From: an uncultured virus (IMG/VR IMGVR_UViG_3300044825_002216)
Taxonomy: Duplodnaviria > Heunggongvirae > Uroviricota > Caudoviricetes
Strand: one strand, 5' to 3'
Virus record (IMG/VR): IMGVR_UViG_3300044825_002216
DNA length: 64,000 nucleotides
Shown: positions 38,356 through 47,683 of the stretch, piece after piece
Position numbering within the stretch: position 1 is the first letter of the stretch
How the letters are laid out: each line of letters starts with the position of its first letter
Program-made: the position numbers and the translations under genes
The notes under the pieces: model-generated
The model's database searches: none
Seen by the model: the letters and a program-made list of their open reading frames with translations, nothing else
What the model was told of the DNA's origin: nothing

Positions 38356-40341
38356 CTACGCGGCTTGGGTGATGACCACCCCTTCGCCGATCCGCGTCGA
38401 GAAGACGATCACGTCCCCGGTCGCGAGCAGGCGAACGTCACCCTGGATCACGAAGATGCCCGCGGCTTCCAGGTCGTCCGTGTTGCCGCTCTTGTCGTCG
38501 AGCACGTAGCCCTTGATGCGCTGCGAGCTCGGACGGTCGGGCGACAGAAGATCACCGAGGAAGGCATCCACCTCGGTGAGGCAAGCGTCCTTCCAGGCAT
38601 CGCTCATCGGCAGCTTGGAGAGCTGGTTCAACCGCTGGCTCACCGAGTCTTGGATGAAGTCAGCCATGCGGCGACGCGAGATGTTCTTCTCGCCGGAGGT
38701 GAGCGAGGTCGTGACACCCGACTGGAAGACCGGGCCCGCGATGCGATCGAACCGCGGAGCGGCGATGCCCGCCGCGCGCATGGCGATGTACTCGGGCATC
38801 GAGAGCGTCGGAGCCCCCGTCTGGAACCCGGCCACGCCCGCGAGGATCGTGGGCACGGGCTCGGCCGACTGACCGGGGTTGCGCTCGGGAGCCAAACCGG
38901 CCTCCACCGAAGCGAGCCACACGTCTGAGGCGTCGTCGAGAACGCCGTCCGAAGTCGTGGAGCCGTCCGCTTGCGCGAGCGAGAACCCAACAGCCTCGGG
39001 AACGAACGTCTGGAGACCGGGCCAGGCGTAGTCCTGGCGATCCGTGCGGACGGCGCCGACGCCGTAGCTCGAATCACCGAGCGCCGTCGAGAGCGAGACG
39101 GAATCGAGCGACGGCGACCAGATCATGCGGCGGGTGAGGCCACGCTCGCTGGCCGTCTTGACGTGCGAGCGCATCAGCGACCGGATGGTGGTGTCCTTAC
39201 GCGCGCACACGACGATGTTGATGTCCCGCGAGGGAGACTCGTCGGTGAGCATCGCGTCGAGCGCAGTGCTGTACCGCGCTTGAAGCGTCGAGTTGTTGGC
39301 CGCGTTCGGGGCGTGAACCGCTGCCGAGTACGTCAGCGCAGTCGACGCCGTGCGCATCTTGAGGCCCGAGAGCACGTCCCAGCTCGTTGCCGTCCCTGCG
39401 TCCGGCGTGACGGTGGGGCTGCACACGGTCGAGAGCGCGATCGTCGCGTCGAGGGGGCGAGCCGGGACGGTGTACCCACCGTCGGTGCCCACCGCGACGT
39501 TCTTGCCGTCTGCGCCCGCGGAGTCGGCCGTGCGAGCAACGTGCAGACGCCACGGAATCGCGGTCTCGTTGCCCACCGAGAAGTTGGTGCCGTCCAGCTT
39601 CTCGACGACGAGGTTGGTCGCGTCGGTGATCGCTGTGACACGGTAGGTGCCCACGAGGGTACCGCCGCCGAGAACGCCCGCGACGAGGATGTCGCCGACC
39701 TTCACACCGCGGACGATGAAGTTGCCGCCCGCCGCGGTGAAGGTCTGCGTCGCCGCAGAGCTCGCCGTGCTGGTCGCACCATCCACGCCCGAGGCGTACG
39801 CCGGGTCGCCGCCGAAGATGACCGTCTTCGCGATGCGGACTCGGTTCGAGCTCGACTTGAACTCGCGGCCCGCTGTCACGACACCCGCGGAAACGGGGAC
39901 GATGGGCGTCGCGTCCGTCGCCGACTTGTTCGTGGGCAGATCACGCCAGAGGCGCACACCCTTGTTCGTGCCGGACGCGGGGGTCACGTTGTCGATCGGC
40001 ACGCAGATCAGCCGGGGGAAGCGCTTGTTCCGCAGCGACGCGAAGGCGTTGCCGCAGTCCCCGCCAAACTCTCCGATCGTCTCGTCCCAGCCGCCGACCT
40101 TGTTCGCGAAGTCCTGGCCGGTGAACACTTCCACGGGGCGAACCTTCGTGGACAGATCACCGTTGGACGCGACGCGCACTGCGTAACTCGCGTCAGCGAA
40201 CTCGCCGACCATCGCGACGCAGCCGGTGCCGACGCCTTGGATGCCTGCGCTCGGCGTCGCGTCGATGATGACGGCGCCTTCGATCTGAGTAAGAACCTCC
40301 TTGCCGGGGAAGTTCGGATAGCGGCGAATGAATCCCGACAC
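38356..40341 (-). CDS. contractile tail sheath protein
   Basis: 661 aa; VGTGCVAMVGEF N-terminus; NISRRRMADFIQDS and IKGYVLD C-terminal sheath motifs. Confidence 0.9.
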   Translation of the reverse strand: MSGFIRRYPNFPGKEVLTQIEGAVIIDATPSAGIQGVGTGCVAMVGEFADASYAVRVASNGDLSTKVRPVEVFTGQDFANKVGGWDETIGEFGGDCGNAFASLRNKRFPRLICVPIDNVTPASGTNKGVRLWRDLPTNKSATDATPIVPVSAGVVTAGREFKSSSNRVRIAKTVIFGGDPAYASGVDGATSTASSAATQTFTAAGGNFIVRGVKVGDILVAGVLGGGTLVGTYRVTAITDATNLVVEKLDGTNFSVGNETAIPWRLHVARTADSAGADGKNVAVGTDGGYTVPARPLDATIALSTVCSPTVTPDAGTATSWDVLSGLKMRTASTALTYSAAVHAPNAANNSTLQARYSTALDAMLTDESPSRDINIVVCARKDTTIRSLMRSHVKTASERGLTRRMIWSPSLDSVSLSTALGDSSYGVGAVRTDRQDYAWPGLQTFVPEAVGFSLAQADGSTTSDGVLDDASDVWLASVEAGLAPERNPGQSAEPVPTILAGVAGFQTGAPTLSMPEYIAMRAAGIAAPRFDRIAGPVFQSGVTTSLTSGEKNISRRRMADFIQDSVSQRLNQLSKLPMSDAWKDACLTEVDAFLGDLLSPDRPSSQRIKGYVLDDKSGNTDDLEAAGIFVIQGDVRLLATGDVIVFSTRIGEGVVITQAA

Positions 40342-40351
40342 GGGAGCCTCC

Positions 40352-41038
40352 TTACGTGGTGCCCGGACTGTCGCTGTCCGTGACCGTCAGCGCGAATCGA
40401 GGCGGGAGCGCCTGCGTTCGCGAATACATGCGTACCACAGGAGCGCGGGCGGATACGTTGAAGACCGACCGCCGCGCTCGGCTTTGAGCGTCCTGAGCGT
40501 TGTCCTCGAAGTCCGCGCTCTCCAACGAATAGTCTGCGTAGACCCCGTGGTAGTACGGCAGCATCAATCGCACGCCGTACATCCAGTCCGTCGGGTTCAG
40601 CCCGTCTTCGATCATCTTCGCGAGTGCGGAGCGCTCTTGAAGCTCCGTCGAATGGATGATGAGGCGCAAATCCAGGGTCGCTTCCGCCGTGAACCCTACC
40701 CACAGGTCGTCGGACACTTTCGTCCGGCTCAAGGCGGGGGTCATGCGGGAGTCGTCGAACACCACGCTTCCAGTCGTCACGACACCCGAGGGGTACTTCG
40801 CCTCCACCTCGGCTTCGGCCCACTGGAGGATCACGTACTTGAGCTTGAAGGTCTTTCCGGGCAACCCGACGACCGACAAGCTCTGCACGTAGTCTCGCAG
40901 CCCGCGCGCAATGCAGGTCCGCACGTCACCCTCGACACGCGGGGTGAGCACTTGCGGCTGGTTCGCCTTGAGGATCAGGCCCGCCCGGTCTTGAACCAGG
41001 GGGCCTGCGGGCGGCGAGTAGTTCGTTTGCGAAGTCAC
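40352..41038 (-). CDS. tail terminator or sheath stabiliser, putative
   Basis: Synteny (before sheath); GTG start coupled to upstream stop; YPS..V..DL pattern. Confidence 0.6.
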   Translation of the reverse strand: MTSQTNYSPPAGPLVQDRAGLILKANQPQVLTPRVEGDVRTCIARGLRDYVQSLSVVGLPGKTFKLKYVILQWAEAEVEAKYPSGVVTTGSVVFDDSRMTPALSRTKVSDDLWVGFTAEATLDLRLIIHSTELQERSALAKMIEDGLNPTDWMYGVRLMLPYYHGVYADYSLESADFEDNAQDAQSRARRSVFNVSARAPVVRMYSRTQALPPRFALTVTDSDSPGTT

Positions 41039-41514
41039 TTGAGCCCCGAGCGTAGCGCAAGCTGAAGAATCATCCGTAGCTTGGTGCTCGTGTTCTCGAC
41101 GGTTTTCGAGAGGATGTTGTAGGCGGGGAGGCCGCGCTGCTTGATCTTGCGGGCGATCAGGAAGGCGATCTTCCGGCGCTCGATCGCCCGCGTGTCCGGC
41201 ATCTTCCGGCGAACCCACGGGATGATCTTCTTGAGCGGGGGCATCTTACGGAACTTCGCCCCGGCCTCGATCACGCCCGCGTACGGGGTGGTGTTCACGA
41301 GCTGAAGGGACTTCCCCAGCTCGATCACCTTCCAGCCCTTGAGGTACGCCCCCGTGTCCTTGATCCCCGCGGAGGTGGTCAGCGACTTGGCCTCGTCGAG
41401 AAGGACACGCCCCATGATCGGGATGGCCTTCGCAATGGCCTTCTCAGCATCACGGCCGACCTTCTTCGGGATCGCGCTGATCTGCGAGAGGGGGAGCTTC
41501 TTCTTGACGCTCAC
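41035..41514 (-). CDS. tail completion or neck protein (HK97 gp10-like)
   Basis: DTGAYLKGW, NTTPYAGVIEAG, MPPL..I.PWVRRK..AFLIARKI..RG. Confidence 0.8.
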   Translation of the reverse strand: MSVKKKLPLSQISAIPKKVGRDAEKAIAKAIPIMGRVLLDEAKSLTTSAGIKDTGAYLKGWKVIELGKSLQLVNTTPYAGVIEAGAKFRKMPPLKKIIPWVRRKMPDTRAIERRKIAFLIARKIKQRGLPAYNILSKTVENTSTKLRMILQLALRSGLK

Positions 41515-42074
41515 TCCATCTCTCCGTCTGGCTCACGGTTCGAGTTGGCCTTCGTCAGCGTCAGCACCCACTGAAACTCCAAGGGGCGGTACTCGGGGAT
41601 GCCAGACACCGTGAACCTGCGGCGGGGCCCGATCGTCTGACCGAGCGGCTGCGGGAAGTAGACCTCGTAGAAGAAATTGATCCCCTCGTCGAGGGGCTCC
41701 CCATTGATCCACCCGCGCAGAGTGAACTCGTCGTACCGGGGGCTGATCTGAGAGACGCGGAGGGTGCCCTGCTCGTTCGATCCGACGGCGAGCAGCTCCG
41801 TTGCTAGCCCGTCGAACGACGTGACCAGGGGAGTCGGGAGCAGAACCACGTCACTCAGGACGTTCTGCACACCGAGACCGCGCTGCCCCCCCGACCACTG
41901 CGTGTGGACTAGATGAACCTCGTACGCGCGCGCCCCCAGCGACGTGTACAGGTCGCGCATGTCGTCCGCGAGGCACGAGAGCCCACGAACGAGCGACCGA
42001 TCCGGGTTCACCCGAGAGAATTGGCGCGGGGCACACGAGCACCCCAGACGCCCGGTGCCTCCGCACGCGCACAT
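41511..42074 (-). CDS. head closure or neck protein, putative
   Basis: Synteny; beta-rich 187 aa. Confidence 0.6.
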   Translation of the reverse strand: MCACGGTGRLGCSCAPRQFSRVNPDRSLVRGLSCLADDMRDLYTSLGARAYEVHLVHTQWSGGQRGLGVQNVLSDVVLLPTPLVTSFDGLATELLAVGSNEQGTLRVSQISPRYDEFTLRGWINGEPLDEGINFFYEVYFPQPLGQTIGPRRRFTVSGIPEYRPLEFQWVLTLTKANSNREPDGEME

Positions 42075-42077
42075 GGA

Positions 42078-42491
42078 CTAACCCCTGACGCTGATGTTCC
42101 CCGCACCGCCGGGGCCGGAGCCCTTGAAACGGGTGGCGAACGGGTAGACGGGGACGCCCAAGTCCTCCGCGAGGCGGAAGGCCCAGCGCTTGTACTCGCT
42201 CTCCAGCATCGCGAGGTGTTCCTTGCGAATCTCCAGCTCACCCATGCGGTTCACGGCCAGGTACTTCTGGCCGTCGATGAGCTGGCACTCGATGCTGTCG
42301 AGCGTTGCGATCCTCTCGCGGATCGTCGGGATGTACTCCTCCAAAACCTTGTCCATCGCCGACTCGACGAGGAACATGGTCTGGAGGGGCTTGGGAACAC
42401 CAAGCTGGATCGACGCCATCGCGGAGACGTTGGGGTACCCGAGGTGGTGCCGAACCTTCGCACGCTCTTGAAGCGACAGGATGTCGGCCAT
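42078..42491 (-). CDS. head-tail adaptor, putative
   Basis: LSLQERAKVRHHLGYP helical pattern; GGAGG SD; first neck-type gene. Confidence 0.65.
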   Translation of the reverse strand: MADILSLQERAKVRHHLGYPNVSAMASIQLGVPKPLQTMFLVESAMDKVLEEYIPTIRERIATLDSIECQLIDGQKYLAVNRMGELEIRKEHLAMLESEYKRWAFRLAEDLGVPVYPFATRFKGSGPGGAGNISVRG

Positions 42492-42501
42492 CGGGAACCT
42501 C

Positions 42502-42804
42502 CTACTCGATCATCTCCAGCGGGGCCTGCATGTCGAACAGCGCCTTGAGAAGGGCCGGGCCGTCTTCTGCGGAAAGCACCTTGTCCTTGCGGACCAGCAC
42601 GGTCTTGCCGGGCATGAAGACCTTGGTGTCCGCGAGCAGGCGGTACTTGGGCTGCGGGGGCAGGACCACCGGCATCGGGGGACCGCTCGGGGCGTCGTCC
42701 ACCTCGACGGGGATTTCCTCTTCGCCCGAGTCAGGCGCCTCGAACGCGGCGACCTTCGCAGCTTCGAGCGGGTCTACGAACTGAGGCTTGCGCTTGCTGG
42801 TCAT
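42502..42804 (-). CDS. hypothetical protein
   Basis: ATG 42804 with GGAG SD (paired in the upstream RNA). Confidence 0.7.
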   Translation of the reverse strand: MTSKRKPQFVDPLEAAKVAAFEAPDSGEEEIPVEVDDAPSGPPMPVVLPPQPKYRLLADTKVFMPGKTVLVRKDKVLSAEDGPALLKALFDMQAPLEMIE

Positions 42805-43134
42805 GGCAACTCCGATAGGGGTGGCAGCGGGCGAGCCTAGACCCGGTGGCGATAGATACTCTGGTAACCGCCAGAGACGGAACATCGCTCGTTGTCTAGG
42901 CTCGCCCAGGAGTCACACCCCCGGCGAGGGGGCGGAGCATCCCTTGGAACGACAGTACACCACGAAGGGTGACTGTTTCCACGCTGCCGGAACGAAGGGC
43001 GTGCCTACGGGGTAAGCCGAGGTTTGCCCTCCTCGTGTCCTCATTGTGTTGGCTTGGTCTGTACACCGTACATCCCCACTTTGAGGTGACTGACCCAAGT
43101 GGCTTGCCAGCCGGTTTGGGCATCGGAGTCGCCA
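42804..43134 (-). ncRNA. large multibranch structured RNA or leader
   Basis: 13-bp closing helix 43134-43122 / 42816-42804 with nested helices; at least 5 G-U pairs work only on the - strand; upstream TTGACT-N16-TACGCT. Confidence 0.7.
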
Positions 43135-43158
43135 AAGGCGATTCTCAGTCGTGATTGG

Positions 43159-43186
43159 AGCGTACAGGGGTGCCCAGAAAAGTCAA
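43159..43186 (-). promoter_or_regulatory. sigma70-like promoter
   Basis: TTGACT (43186-43181)-N16-TACGCT (43164-43159), overlapping the capsid terminator. Confidence 0.5.
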
Positions 43187-43223
43187 CGGCTCGGACTCCG
43201 GGGTGGTGGAGTCCGAGCCGTTG
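43176..43223 (-). terminator. intrinsic terminator after the major capsid gene
   Basis: 16-bp stem CAACGGCTCGGACTCC/GGAGTCCGAGCCGTTG followed by ACTTTTCT; a second 12-bp hairpin at 43275-43302. Confidence 0.7.
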
Positions 43224-43308
43224 TGGTTCCCGCGCGAGGAGTAGGGTGCGCAGGCTCCTTCTTGTTTGGCGAGCGTGGTGTAACTCGTTGGAGTTACACC
43301 ACTATTCG

Positions 43309-44706
43309 CTACGCATGCTCGATCACGACGCAGCGCTTGTACCGTGCCGCGTCGCCCGAGCAGGCATCCGTGCGAACGGGCCAGTCGCCGATGAGCTGCC
43401 AGGTGAGAGCCACCTGGTCCTGCAAGCGGTTCAGCGGCGCGCGCATCACCATCTGCACGCGGTCGGTGAACACCTCGATCGAGTTGTTGCTGATCTTCGG
43501 CTCGACGACCTTGCCGGTGACGCCCGCCTCCGAGATGAGACCCGCGAGGTCTTGGCACATCTCGAAGCAGAGCTCCGGGCCGGTGAGCAGGATGCGCTCG
43601 ATCGGCGTGCCCGTCGTGGCGCCCGTGTTGTACAGCTCGCCCGCGAAGTCGTCCTTGACCGAGAAGGTCGCCGTGTCGCCGCCGCGAACCGTCGCCACCG
43701 TCGGGCACTCGGAGTTCGTGATGAGCGCCGTGTTCAAGATCACGCCGAGCGTGAACTGCTTGTACATGTAGTAGTCCGGCAAGCTCTGGTTGAGCCGCTG
43801 GAACTCCCCGTCCTCGTAGAATCGCGCTTCCGAGTTGGGGCTCATGTGCCCGTGGTAGTAGCCGTCCTGGTGGCGCGACACGTTCATCGAGCGCATCCGG
43901 GTCACCGCCGAGCGCAGCGTCGAGAGCGTCGCCACGTCCGAGGAGCTGATCGCGTCCACCTTGTCGCCGCCACCAGCGCGGACGATCGAGGTGCGGTCGA
44001 TCGACTTCACGTACGCGCGGTCCGAGACGCTGGTGGTGCCCGAGAGCAGGGTCAGCGTGCCGGGGCCGATCTCGTCGCCCAGCGTGTCGGGCGTGTAGCC
44101 AATGACCTGGAAGGTCGCTTCGGCGCCGTTGTCGAACACCGTGATCGTCAGGGGGTTCGAGCTGCTGACCTGCGAGAAGCGAACCTGCGAGCCCGACGAG
44201 AGCAGGGGGTTGCGCGCGCGAGTGAAGCCGTTGAGGCGCTTCACGCGGAGCGTGGTGCCCGACTGCGCACCGTCGGCGACGGTCCAGCCCGAGAGAGCCG
44301 CGTTGTACATGCGGTTGCGAACCTTGCGGTTCAGCGATTGCGCCGCCTGCATCCCGAGGCGCTGCATCGAGCGAACGAAGAAGTCCGCGATGGCGACCAT
44401 CGAGGTCGGCATGTCCACGTCCATCGTGCCCGTGTACCGGCGCATGACGGCTTCCCACTGCTCGGCCGACGACTGCATCGGCGTGGGGTCGGTTCGCGGG
44501 GCGATCGGCTCGGAGTCGGGCTGGAGCAGGCCGTCCGCGGTGAAGACCACGGTGTCACCACCGCCCGCGGGCCACGCCTTCGCCACGACTTCCGAGCGAA
44601 AGAGCTGCTCGGGAAAGAGCGCGTCGTGAAACGCACGCTCCAGAGCGTTGTCCTGCACCAAGTCCCGCACGTACGGGTCTTGAACGATGATGCTGAAATC
44701 CGGCAT
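43309..44706 (-). CDS. major capsid protein
   Basis: 465 aa with the strongest codon bias; follows the scaffold, precedes terminator and neck genes; HK97-fold-like YYHGHMSP and RAPLNRLQ..LTW segments. Confidence 0.85.
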   Translation of the reverse strand: MPDFSIIVQDPYVRDLVQDNALERAFHDALFPEQLFRSEVVAKAWPAGGGDTVVFTADGLLQPDSEPIAPRTDPTPMQSSAEQWEAVMRRYTGTMDVDMPTSMVAIADFFVRSMQRLGMQAAQSLNRKVRNRMYNAALSGWTVADGAQSGTTLRVKRLNGFTRARNPLLSSGSQVRFSQVSSSNPLTITVFDNGAEATFQVIGYTPDTLGDEIGPGTLTLLSGTTSVSDRAYVKSIDRTSIVRAGGGDKVDAISSSDVATLSTLRSAVTRMRSMNVSRHQDGYYHGHMSPNSEARFYEDGEFQRLNQSLPDYYMYKQFTLGVILNTALITNSECPTVATVRGGDTATFSVKDDFAGELYNTGATTGTPIERILLTGPELCFEMCQDLAGLISEAGVTGKVVEPKISNNSIEVFTDRVQMVMRAPLNRLQDQVALTWQLIGDWPVRTDACSGDAARYKRCVVIEHA

Positions 44707-44753
44707 GGGTTCCTGTCCCTCGTTGAACCGGCGTCACCCGCCGGATTGACTGT

Positions 44754-45635
44754 CTAGTTGACTCCGACGCCCTTGCTACGAAGGTACGCCTTGAACTCTT
44801 CGGGCTTGAGCCTGCTCACGTCCGTTCGGCCGTTGCTGGGCTGAGCGCTCGGAGCAGGGGGCGTTGCGTTCACAGCCCCGCTCGTGATCTGAACGCTGCT
44901 GCCAGGCTTGTTCGCCTGGCTCGGGTTCTCCGGCAGACCCGTGGTTGCAGGCTGCTGTACCTGCCCGAAGAGGTACGGGTGCTTGGCCTTGAGACCGCGG
45001 AAGTAGCCGCGCTCGTCGAACGCGCGCAGCTTGGCCTCGTCCATCCCGTTCGTGTGCTGGCGGATCAAGTGGATCGCGTAATCGAGGTCCACGATCCCCT
45101 CGCTGGCAGCGATGCTGCGCAGCTCGCCCTCGGCAGCGTTCGCCAGGGCTTCGCGCTTGGCCTCTCGGGCTGCGCGTTCGACGCGCGCCTTCTCGCGAGC
45201 GAGGCGTTCGTTCTTGGCGCGCAGGTCGTCCCGCTCGCGCAAGATGGCCGCGTAGTCCACCGAGCTGTCGCTCGAAGACGGGCGGGACTCTCGCTGCGGG
45301 ACAGACGCGCCGGGCTGAACCTTGGGCTTCGCCACCGGAGCGGACGGAGCCCTCGAAGCAGCCTTCATCTTCGCTGCGGCAGCCTTCATCGACTCCACGT
45401 CGGCGAATCCGAGCTCCTGGGCGAGCTTCTTGTTCGCGGCCTGGCCCGCCTCACGCTTGATCTTGCCCACCTGATGAGTGGGCATCTGGACGAACTTACC
45501 CGCGGGCGTGGTCGCATCGACCTTCACCTCGGGCTTGCTGCCCTGCTCTTGCGTGGACGTGCCGGGGGCCCCGTTGCCCGCTTCGGTTCCCTGATTCTGC
45601 TGATCGACTTCCATGACGCTCGCTCCCTGTCGCAC
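44754..45635 (-). CDS. capsid scaffolding protein
   Basis: Disordered plus coiled-coil sequence, LKAKHPYLF motif, C-terminal PEEFKAYLRSKG helix, directly upstream of the capsid gene. Confidence 0.8.
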   Translation of the reverse strand: MRQGASVMEVDQQNQGTEAGNGAPGTSTQEQGSKPEVKVDATTPAGKFVQMPTHQVGKIKREAGQAANKKLAQELGFADVESMKAAAAKMKAASRAPSAPVAKPKVQPGASVPQRESRPSSSDSSVDYAAILRERDDLRAKNERLAREKARVERAAREAKREALANAAEGELRSIAASEGIVDLDYAIHLIRQHTNGMDEAKLRAFDERGYFRGLKAKHPYLFGQVQQPATTGLPENPSQANKPGSSVQITSGAVNATPPAPSAQPSNGRTDVSRLKPEEFKAYLRSKGVGVN

Positions 45636-45732
45636 CTGAGTTCACCGACTTTTTACCGCCGCCGTGGGCGTTGTGGCTCTCGGTGCGAGTGTCTGTTGAA
45701 GGTTGGAGAAGATGGACCGCCAGCCTAGTTGG

Positions 45733-46218
45733 CTAGGCCGAGTAGAAGTCCGAGTCGTCCGTCATCGCGACGGCGATGCGCGGGTAGTAGACGAGGACGA
45801 AGCCCGTCACCGTGTTGGGGAAGGTGAGGGTCGTGCCGTCGTCCGACAGCTTCGCGATGCCCATGGCCGCCGACGCGCCGCCGGGGGGGATGATCGCCGT
45901 GCCACCCGTGTCGGTCACGCCGTAGGTGCCCAGCGACGCCGCCGTGCCCGAAGCCACGACGCGGAGCGAGATGACACGCCCGATGGGCGGAAGATTCTCG
46001 CCCGTTTCGAGGTCCATCCCGACGATGGTTCCCGCCGCCTTCACGGCTGCGGAGGTGATGTCCGGCGCGGCGCTCGCGGTCAGGCCGCTGACGGTGACCT
46101 TCACGGGCCCGAGCGTGCGCCCGAACTTCATCTTGCGGAACAGGTCCGCGAGAATGTTGAGGTCCATCTTCGCCAGCAAGCGCTGGAACGTCGAAACCTT
46201 CGAGGTCGTGGTCGACAT
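45733..46218 (-). CDS. virion structural protein (head decoration candidate)
   Basis: High codon bias; T/G/A-rich; head module. Confidence 0.6.
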   Translation of the reverse strand: MSTTTSKVSTFQRLLAKMDLNILADLFRKMKFGRTLGPVKVTVSGLTASAAPDITSAAVKAAGTIVGMDLETGENLPPIGRVISLRVVASGTAASLGTYGVTDTGGTAIIPPGGASAAMGIAKLSDDGTTLTFPNTVTGFVLVYYPRIAVAMTDDSDFYSA

Positions 46219-46230
46219 TTCGTCTCTCCC

Positions 46231-46626
46231 TTACACCTTCTGTCCCAGGATCACTTCAACCGATGTCTGAGTGCCAGCCACTCGCATCACGTCGATCGAG
46301 GTGATCGGTACTGAATCCGTTTGGACGACGAGCAAGCCATCGACCGGAACGGCCTGTGCGGACCCGTCAGCGGAAGTGAGCCGCACCCTGACTTTCCCGT
46401 CAATGGCTTTCACCGACAGAAAGTTCACGGATGACACACCGCCGAACGGAACGCTCATCGGCGAGTCCGTATCGAGGACCAACGACTGAACCATGTACGC
46501 GGACAGCGCAACCGGCTCGTCGAACGGCACTTCCGTCGAAGGCACTCCCGACGACGGCCCGAGCAATCGCCCCCCGAGAGGGGTGATCGTCACCGAGCCG
46601 TTCAGTCGGAGCATCGAAGTGGGCAT
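46231..46626 (-). CDS. hypothetical virion protein
   Basis: 131-aa beta-rich ORF in the head module. Confidence 0.65.
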   Translation of the reverse strand: MPTSMLRLNGSVTITPLGGRLLGPSSGVPSTEVPFDEPVALSAYMVQSLVLDTDSPMSVPFGGVSSVNFLSVKAIDGKVRVRLTSADGSAQAVPVDGLLVVQTDSVPITSIDVMRVAGTQTSVEVILGQKV

Positions 46627-46629
46627 GAA

Positions 46630-46821
46630 TCAGGTGCCGTTGAAAGAAGGCTTGTCCGGCATCTTCATCAGGTCGATCGCGGACGCGGCGAGAGGGTCTT
46701 TCGCCATCTTCTGCGGCGCGACACCGGGGACCGAATCCCCGAAACCCGCCGGGTTCGTCCCGATCGACTGAGCCTGCGTGCGGGGGGTGCGGAAGACCCC
46801 CTTCTGCGTGTACTTCTCCAT
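46630..46821 (-). CDS. small hypothetical protein
   Basis: AGGAGAGG SD before ATG 46821 (MEKYTQKG...). Confidence 0.65.
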   Translation of the reverse strand: MEKYTQKGVFRTPRTQAQSIGTNPAGFGDSVPGVAPQKMAKDPLAASAIDLMKMPDKPSFNGT

Positions 46822-46831
46822 GGCGCCTCTC

Positions 46832-47080
46832 CTATCGACCCAGGCGCCCGCTCTTATCGGCGAGCACTCGGATGGCGACGTTCGTGTTCGGCGTGCGAAC
46901 TCCGGGGAGCCTGTCGCCGCGCGACGGGTTCGGCCCCAGGTCAATCACCGACTTGGGGCTGCACGCTGCTCCGGGCAGCGTCGAAACGACGTAGTTCGGG
47001 TTCACCCGGAAGGGCATCGGAGCGGTGGTTGGTACCACGGCCCCGTGCGAGGCAATTCCGAGCTCGGTAATCGTGCCCAT
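46832..47080 (-). CDS. small hypothetical protein
   Basis: AGGAGG SD, 82 aa. Confidence 0.65.
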   Translation of the reverse strand: MGTITELGIASHGAVVPTTAPMPFRVNPNYVVSTLPGAACSPKSVIDLGPNPSRGDRLPGVRTPNTNVAIRVLADKSGRLGR

Positions 47081-47088
47081 GGTTCCTC

Positions 47089-47637
47089 CTACCGCCGCAT
47101 GTTCGCGACGGGCGAAACGCGGCCCCCGCCGTCACCCTGCGACCCGTCGTCGCCGCCAGCTTCCTCGGGCATCATCGGGATGACTTCCTTGATGTGGAAG
47201 AGGAAGCCGCCCATCAGGTCGGGCTCCGTGGTCGCGCCCTCCGAGGCGAGGTGCTCTCCGAGCGCCATGCACTCGTCCGGCGACGCTTCCATCATCAGCT
47301 CGCGGAAGCCCTGGAGCAGCGCGGGGTCGATCGACCCCAAAACCGCCGCCATCATCCCCTGCTGATCCTCGGGAAGGGGCTCGTCGGACAAGAGCGCTTC
47401 AGCGCTCATCGCGAGCATCCCCTCTTCGAGGACTTCCGCGTTGTCTTCGAGCATCTCCATGATGGGGGAGAACTTCGAGTCCCCGCCCTCCTCCATCTGC
47501 TGACCCTCTTCGCCTTCCTCGGCTGCCATCTCGGCAGAGTCTTCCTGCTCGACTTCCTCGGGCGGGGGCTGGCCGCCCTTGCCCTTGCCACCGCCGCCGG
47601 AGAACGCCTGCATCTTCTTGGGGTCGACTGCTGCCAT
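47089..47637 (-). CDS. acidic Glu/Met-rich hypothetical protein
   Basis: 182 aa, very acidic, strong codon bias. Confidence 0.75.
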   Translation of the reverse strand: MAAVDPKKMQAFSGGGGKGKGGQPPPEEVEQEDSAEMAAEEGEEGQQMEEGGDSKFSPIMEMLEDNAEVLEEGMLAMSAEALLSDEPLPEDQQGMMAAVLGSIDPALLQGFRELMMEASPDECMALGEHLASEGATTEPDLMGGFLFHIKEVIPMMPEEAGGDDGSQGDGGGRVSPVANMRR

Positions 47638-47683
47638 GGTGTCCCGATGCTACGGGACACTCCCAGAGTCCCGCAAGCCAAGT

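Noticed and set aside
42805..43308. Group I/II intron, RNase P RNA, tmRNA or hammerhead
   Set aside because: Flanking genes are intact and I could not find the diagnostic core sequences by eye
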